64,000 nucleotides of DNA from assembly GCA_963770835.1 (NCBI GenBank), contig CAVYRH010000002.1:128001-192000 (forward strand), read 5' to 3'. Below are positions 59,238 through 64,000 of this stretch, one piece after another. How positions within the stretch are numbered: position 1 is the first letter of the stretch; each line of letters starts with the position of its first letter. This DNA comes from an uncultured Pseudomonadota bacterium (lineage in GTDB: Bacteria > Oederibacteriota > Muellerivitia > Muellerivitales > Muellerivitaceae). The position numbers and the translations under genes were made by a program. The notes under the pieces were generated by a model. It was not told the DNA's origin and made no database searches. It worked only from the letters and a program-made list of their open reading frames with translations.

Positions 59238-59882
59238 TCATTTTTCAATCCTCGGCCTTCCCTTCATTCCCTTAGGATACCAATCCCCTATCGAAGGATT
59301 AAGCGGTTGGAGCCATTTCCAGGCCGGGGAACCCCTTTTGACAGCGGCAAAACGAATACGGTGGAGTGTCCGCAAATTGAATCTCAGCCGTTTTATAACC
59401 TCATCCCAACCCATTCCCCTCCTGAAAGACCAAAGAACATAATGCGACCTCAAAAGTTTGTAAGGAAACCCAGTCAGCCAAAAATCCACCAGGACCCGGT
59501 TTTCGGGAATGTTCAATCGCGGGCGTCCACCAGCGAATTTATATAATTCCAAAACCATTAAAGGGAAGGGCCAGACCGGCTTCTTTTTGCATAAGGAATT
59601 CCATTTGGCCCTGAACCGGTAGGTCTTGGGCGTTCCCACCAAAGCCTTGAAGACATATAAAATTTTGTTACGGTGGAATCCAGTGATCCGGGCCATAGCA
59701 GTCACGTAGCCATTAGTCTGGGCGAACCATGTGAAGTAAAAATGGAATTTTAAATCCTTGGGGGTGAGTCCCTTCGACCAAAGCCGGTCTAAAACCTTAA
59801 AGCCGTTTCTTAAAGCCCCGCCCTTCCCTTTGCGGTTATCCATTTCGACAAAAGGGATATTGTTCCACATCCTCTTACTCAA
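59238..59882 (-). CDS. Paralogue B of 58420-59097
   Basis: Shares TWFA, HRN, TGFPYK, P.NP...DW.P and GRP motifs. Confidence 0.6.
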   Translation of the reverse strand: MSKRMWNNIPFVEMDNRKGKGGALRNGFKVLDRLWSKGLTPKDLKFHFYFTWFAQTNGYVTAMARITGFHRNKILYVFKALVGTPKTYRFRAKWNSLCKKKPVWPFPLMVLELYKFAGGRPRLNIPENRVLVDFWLTGFPYKLLRSHYVLWSFRRGMGWDEVIKRLRFNLRTLHRIRFAAVKRGSPAWKWLQPLNPSIGDWYPKGMKGRPRIEK

Positions 59883-59885
59883 AAC

Positions 59886-60212
59886 TTATTCCCCCTTATA
59901 CTCGATTCCGATATTTTTAAAATAATTGACGATCCGGCGCTTCATCAGATTCAACTCAAGGGGGTTCGGCCCCCTTCCCAAAACGCCGTAAACTTCCAAA
60001 CTGGCCATCCGGAAAAGTTCACAGAAGGTGTATTCCACCCATTGCCGTTTTCCATCCCCGTCCAGGTCGTCGTAATCGCGTTGAAGGCTTTCCGGGCAAG
60101 GAATCTCCTCGAGGATTTCCAATGATAAATAACCATTCATGAACCTGGCTACCCGCTCGATATCGGATGTTTTCTTGTCCTTCGGGTTGTAGGGGGCTGG
60201 GACTTCCGACAT
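59886..60212 (-). CDS. Hypothetical protein
   Basis: RBS GGAGG; 108-aa ORF abutting the next gene. Confidence 0.6.
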   Translation of the reverse strand: MSEVPAPYNPKDKKTSDIERVARFMNGYLSLEILEEIPCPESLQRDYDDLDGDGKRQWVEYTFCELFRMASLEVYGVLGRGPNPLELNLMKRRIVNYFKNIGIEYKGE

Positions 60213-60258
60213 TAAACCTCCACCAAGTAAGTATTTTGATATTTTAACCTATCCAAAT

Positions 60259-60289
60259 AAAAAAAGGGTTAGCCCTCGGAGCTAACCCC
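60259..60289 (-). terminator. Intrinsic terminator of the leading-gene cluster
   Basis: GGGTTAGC-TCCGAGG-GCTAACCC-TTTTTTT on the minus strand. Confidence 0.75.
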
Positions 60290-60367
60290 AATTCCCAACA
60301 GTTTCAATTTCCAATCCCTCAACGCCGCCACCTTTGGTCACAAAGGACACACCGGCAAAGGTGGCGG

Positions 60368-60916
60368 TTAACTCCCTTGTTTACACCGGCAAGGCATGAT
60401 GACCCCATAATTCCTCTGGTTGCCCTCGCCCTTGTTATTGGTGACTCGGATTGCCTCAAAAGTTATCAAGTTTCCCTTCCCGTCAAGGGGAAGGTGAAGC
60501 TTGACGCTCCCCTCATACCCTATGGCCCGGGCCAGACGGAATAGGAGCCCTGGGTCCAGGGCCAGGACTGACTCCCGGCGCTCCCCCGGTACGACGTTCT
60601 GCCATTTGGGGAACTCGCAATCCTTCAAGGGTCGCTCCGCCTTTAGAAGGCCTTCCTTCCGGTGTTGCCCTTCCAAGTCCCCGTTGGCCGACAGGTATAC
60701 CGCATTTCCACATGAGGTGGTCCCTGCCCTCAACCGTTTCAAAAAGGAACCCGAAATATACCCTGGCGTGTCGTTCTGACCCCCATCCACAGGTATCACC
60801 GCCAGAATGTTTCCATCGGTCGCGACAACCTCCTTTCCCGTGAAATAAGGCTCCGATAAGGCCTCTTTATCCGGCGAGGCCGCAAATTCGATTTTGCAGT
60901 CGTTTTGAATGATCAT
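60368..60916 (-). CDS. Truncated beta-sliding-clamp-like protein
   Basis: VVATDGNILA, FPKWQNVVP, LDPGLL and terminal VIMPCR echo the DnaN motifs ATDGHRL, FPDY..VIP and IMP.R. Confidence 0.5.
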   Translation of the reverse strand: MIIQNDCKIEFAASPDKEALSEPYFTGKEVVATDGNILAVIPVDGGQNDTPGYISGSFLKRLRAGTTSCGNAVYLSANGDLEGQHRKEGLLKAERPLKDCEFPKWQNVVPGERRESVLALDPGLLFRLARAIGYEGSVKLHLPLDGKGNLITFEAIRVTNNKGEGNQRNYGVIMPCRCKQGS

Positions 60917-61236
60917 TTTTCCGTTCCTTTCCGTTCCATTTCGAATTCCTTAATTTTTGAATCCAGGCATTCCAACAAAGCCCCGCAAACATCCCAGCCC
61001 CTGGCCTCACTCAAACCCGTGAAGCTGAAATCCCCCCTGTCCAGATCGACCTCCCCGAAAGCTTCCTCGGTTTTATCCCAAAAGTAGTTTTTCAACTGTT
61101 CTAATAAGACCCCTATCCCCCGCTTGCGGATGAGGTAAGCCAACACGCCGTAAACGTCGGCTTCCTTGAGCCTTAACGGCTTCAACCTCCTTTCCATGCG
61201 TTTTTCCAGTTCCCGGAGTTTCTTCTGCGTTTCCAT
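60913..61236 (-). CDS. Hypothetical protein
   Basis: Purine-rich RBS, METQKKLRELEK..; coupled to the downstream gene. Confidence 0.55.
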   Translation of the reverse strand: METQKKLRELEKRMERRLKPLRLKEADVYGVLAYLIRKRGIGVLLEQLKNYFWDKTEEAFGEVDLDRGDFSFTGLSEARGWDVCGALLECLDSKIKEFEMERKGTEK

Positions 61237-61723
61237 GGTTCCCTCCCCTTTTCGATTGAACAACATTCCTGAAAATCCGCCTGGTGTTCTTCGGGGAAAA
61301 TTCAGCTTCCCCCCAAATGCCGACATAAGCAGGTTCGTAATTCTTCTTCCCTTCGCCGTTATCTTGTAAAACCCGCTTGATCTCCCCCCGCTTACCCCCC
61401 TCGGTGTCGTAGTCCACCAGTGCCACCCGGATGCAGGGTTTATTGGCAAGGATGGACTGAACGTTGCCGCCTTCCAGCACAAGGACGATCCGGGTGGGTT
61501 CCTGGTTCACGCTCACCAGGGAAAACAGGAGAAAGGCCAACCTCTCAGCCTCCACCTTTGAAATCCTCAAGGAAATAGGTTCAGTCTTTCCCGGCTTTTT
61601 GGACAAAACCGAAAGGTTGATCTCTCCTCTCACGTTCTTGAAAAGCTCCACCTTGCGGGGTACGAAGTAACCGTTCCTCCCCCGCGCCCACCCAATTCCG
61701 TTTAAATTTATTTCCTTTACCAT
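61073..61723 (-). CDS. Hypothetical protein (3' end uncertain)
   Basis: RBS AAGGAG; IVLVLEGGNVQ..VALVDYD; the ORF overlaps the next gene. Confidence 0.5.
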   Translation of the reverse strand: MVKEINLNGIGWARGRNGYFVPRKVELFKNVRGEINLSVLSKKPGKTEPISLRISKVEAERLAFLLFSLVSVNQEPTRIVLVLEGGNVQSILANKPCIRVALVDYDTEGGKRGEIKRVLQDNGEGKKNYEPAYVGIWGEAEFSPKNTRRIFRNVVQSKRGGNHGNAEETPGTGKTHGKEVEAVKAQGSRRLRRVGLPHPQAGDRGLIRTVEKLLLG

Positions 61724-61768
61724 TTTCTTACTCCTTCCAGAGGCGCCCGCTTTACAAGCGTCCCTTAT

Positions 61769-62005
61769 TTAGTCCGGCTTACAACCCGCGCCGGGCATAA
61801 GCCCGACAACTTCGATCACCTGGGCCACACGTGGGAAAATCTCGTTGAAACGAACCGGGCTCGCCCAATGAACCGGCTGGTTTGAGTCCGTTGGGTCCCA
61901 CACCACGAACATGGCCGCCCTCATGCCAACCGCCGCCGTCCTTGCCTCCTCCCGGACGGCCTCGTAAACCTCCGGCCAAAGCTCCCTTGCGATTTCCTTA
62001 GTCAT
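61769..62005 (-). CDS. Small hypothetical protein
   Basis: RBS AAGGAGG; 78 aa. Confidence 0.5.
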   Translation of the reverse strand: MTKEIARELWPEVYEAVREEARTAAVGMRAAMFVVWDPTDSNQPVHWASPVRFNEIFPRVAQVIEVVGLMPGAGCKPD

Positions 62006-62044
62006 GCTCTTTCCTCCTTTCCTAAAGAATCCGGCCCATGCTGT

Positions 62045-62466
62045 TCAGGCCGCCGCCTTCTCCAATTTGGTTTTAAAAATAAAGTCCATCGCGGCCTGGG
62101 CCTTTGCCGCCGCTGACAAAATGGCCCGCTTGTCATCCTTCAAGACCCGAATCCAATCCCCGATGTAATCAGAGTGCTGGGTGGCATAGGGGATTCCGAC
62201 CGAGGCGCAAAGGAAAGCCGCCCCCATTTCCGCCACCAGTTCCTCGAAAGCGTAGGCCCTGTCCCCGAAACGCTTCCCGTTTTCCCGGTCCAGGCGGCTC
62301 CCGTGGCCGGTCCAATGATGTTGATTCCCCGGTAGGGTTTCCTCGTGCTGGCGTTGACGGGAAGGGGAAGCCCCCTTCCCTCCCCCCAGGGCTTCTCCCA
62401 AGGGGCGACACCCCGCCCCAAATCCCCCAAAACCCTGCTGGTGATTTCCTCCGCAATGTTCCTCAT
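62045..62466 (-). pseudogene. ardC: ArdC-family antirestriction/ssDNA-binding gene with internal deletion
   Basis: N-terminal PWEKPW..P.NASTRKPYRGIN joined out of frame to C-terminal HWTGH..RLDR..YAFEELVAEMGAAFL..YI..W...L. Confidence 0.8.
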
Positions 62467-62555
62467 TTCTTTTCCTCCCATCTGTGCCCCGGCTACTAGC
62501 TGGGGCAAACGGTTTGATTGTGCCGGGCCTCAAACAAAGGCCCGGCTTAAGTTCC

Positions 62556-62944
62556 TTAAAGTGACTCAACAAGCCTTTGGAACTCCAAAAGCTCCAAGGG
62601 GTCCAGGGCGCATCCCACCGCCCCCAGAAACTCCGCCTCGGTCAGGCCGTCTTTCGAGTCCACCAGGGCGCGGTTCTCCATGGTCCTCCATCTCGTAAAA
62701 GAAGAAGCCTCCGGCCCTCCTTCCCAAAGTGGATTTCGTACCGGCCCCAAACCTTGAAGCTCCCAGACCCGAAACGATGGATGCGCCATAACCCCTCCTC
62801 AAAAACTCCAACCTTCCTCAAGCTTCCGGATGACCCGGTCGATCTCCTCATCCGAAACCTTCCAGTCCCCTTTGGGCCTTCGGCTCCTCGGCCTGACCCC
62901 CCTTCCGGTTTTCTTTCCTGCTTCTTTTCCTCTTCCATTCCCAT
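62556..62944 (-). CDS. Degraded or frameshifted hypothetical gene
   Basis: RBS GGGGGTG-ATG; overlapping fragments in three frames. Confidence 0.3.
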
Positions 62945-62985
62945 CACCCCCTTTCTTTTTGGTTTTTTTTGATGGCTTCGCATTC

Positions 62986-63640
62986 AAAAAACCGCCTTCC
63001 CCCTCCCCCCTCAAAAACCAGAGGGGGGAGGGGAAGGCAAAGCGGGAGTTTTGGGAGATCGTGAGTGGAAAGCGCGAAACTGCCGGAGGGAGAAAAAGGA
63101 AGGCCACCCTTTACTTTTGTGCGCCGCGCCTTTTGCTGGCGCAAAAGTTGCCGTGCAAGGGTGGCCGTGTAAGTAAACAAAGCCCTATGGGGCCTCGGGA
63201 CGGGCTCCCGAAACTATCCGTCGTCCAAAGACCTCAAGTCCCGGACTTCACTGTCTGCTTTGGAGTTTGCTTTTAAACAGCCAAGGAAGGAACGAGCCAG
63301 ATCTACCGGGAAGGTTTGAAAGGAATCCCCGCTACCCGAAGGCCCTTTCCCCGGCGGCAAACCGAGGCGGTTTTTTCATGTCACGCCGAAATTTGCCGCT
63401 GGGGAAAGGGCTTACTGAGGCCTCAAACGCCCCATCCATTTATCGGCGGCGTGCCAGGGCCGCATTTGGCGGTGGCCCAGGCGTGCCGCCGCCTTTGCGG
63501 GGGGACCAATCCGAAATCCCCCTCACCGGATTGTCGACTCCAAAACACCTTCCCCCGGAGGGCTAACTTACTTTGGCTGGCGGGCAAACCGGTGAGGGGG
63601 ATTTCGGCTTGGTGGGGACCCCAAAGGAAAATGGATGGGA
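62986..63640. promoter_or_regulatory. Long fold-back region, candidate single-strand (Frpo/ssi-type) promoter or origin
   Basis: Perfect inverted repeats 62986-62997/63365-63376, 63102-63111/63157-63166, 63431-63441/63629-63639 and 63511-63529/63589-63607. Confidence 0.5.
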
Positions 63641-64000
63641 GGTGTGTCCGTGAACACCAAACCCCCAAGCGCGGTTTTGGGAGTCAAAGAGGGGCTTTAC
63701 CCCTCTTTTAGGGGTTTGGGGGCGACGCCCCCCAAGGAAAGGGGTGGGCCAAGATCATCCCACAGTCTTTGTGGGATAGCTTGGCCCAGGGGGAAGGCCC
63801 ACGTTCCAAGGCGCTTTCCCTTGGAACGTTCCCCCAAACAAACAAAACACTGAATCGCCTATGACCGGCCCCCCAAGTTTGTGCCACCAATTAAGTCACT
63901 CCCGGAGTAGGAGTTCCTGAGGTCGTCATGGGCAAGGTGTTGCCTTTGGGCCCCATGACGACCGCCTCCGGGGCAGGCGGTTTATACCCCAGAGAGCTGT

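Larger units (their letters stand above)
42266..64000 (-). mobile_element. ICE-like integrative element; right end lies outside the window
   Basis: Tyrosine integrase next to tRNA-Gly, excisionase-like HTHs, VirB4 module, ardC remnant, no housekeeping genes. Confidence 0.85.

Noticed and set aside
63340..63610. GGCAAACC motifs suggesting a c-di-GMP-I riboswitch
   Set aside because: The following GAAA tetraloop, GACGCAAAGC and P3 elements are missing
63920..64000. Hairpins followed by TTTATACCCC as a possible oriT nic site
   Set aside because: No clear match to a nic consensus I can recognise and no relaxase in the window
42266..64000. Prophage interpretation of the integrated element
   Set aside because: No terminase, capsid, tail or Zot-like genes; VirB4 and ardC point to an ICE-like element

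Overview
Bacterial chromosome window from a probably diderm organism (it encodes a secretin and outer-membrane-type proteins), in three parts. (1) 1-42.3 kb is mostly minus-strand housekeeping DNA. It holds a SAM-I riboswitch-controlled threonine-synthase paralogue, greA, fur, murI, cimA-lysC-thrC-hom, two aminotransferases, mreBCD-mrdA-rodA, pheS, thrS, an L20-leader-like element with infC-rpmI-rplT, ppa-rmlC/A/B-DUF4301, and tRNA-Val, -Cys and -Gly. Many genes in the first 7 kb carry indels that look like assembly errors. (2) 21.4-30.7 kb is a plus-strand Tad/Flp pilus locus with a TadZ-TadA fusion and two pilins too short for the ORF track. (3) 42.3 kb to the right edge is an integrative element abutting the 5' end of tRNA-Gly. 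A ~500-nt structured leader precedes one co-directional gene run: lipoprotein, beta-barrel, PH-domain protein, a minimal T4SS (pilin, VirB6-, VirB3-, VirB4- and VirB8-like), TPR-diguanylate cyclase, SpoVG, two excisionase-like HTH proteins and a tyrosine integrase. Further right are tandem Fis-like paralogues, a clamp-like gene, an ardC remnant and long fold-back DNA. Best candidate novel system (inference): both excisionase-like proteins begin with RRxxx[D/G]RR and RxxD motifs resembling c-di-GMP-binding motifs and sit in the same gene run as the element's own diguanylate cyclase, suggesting c-di-GMP-gated excision or transfer. All family calls are by motif recognition; no searches were run.
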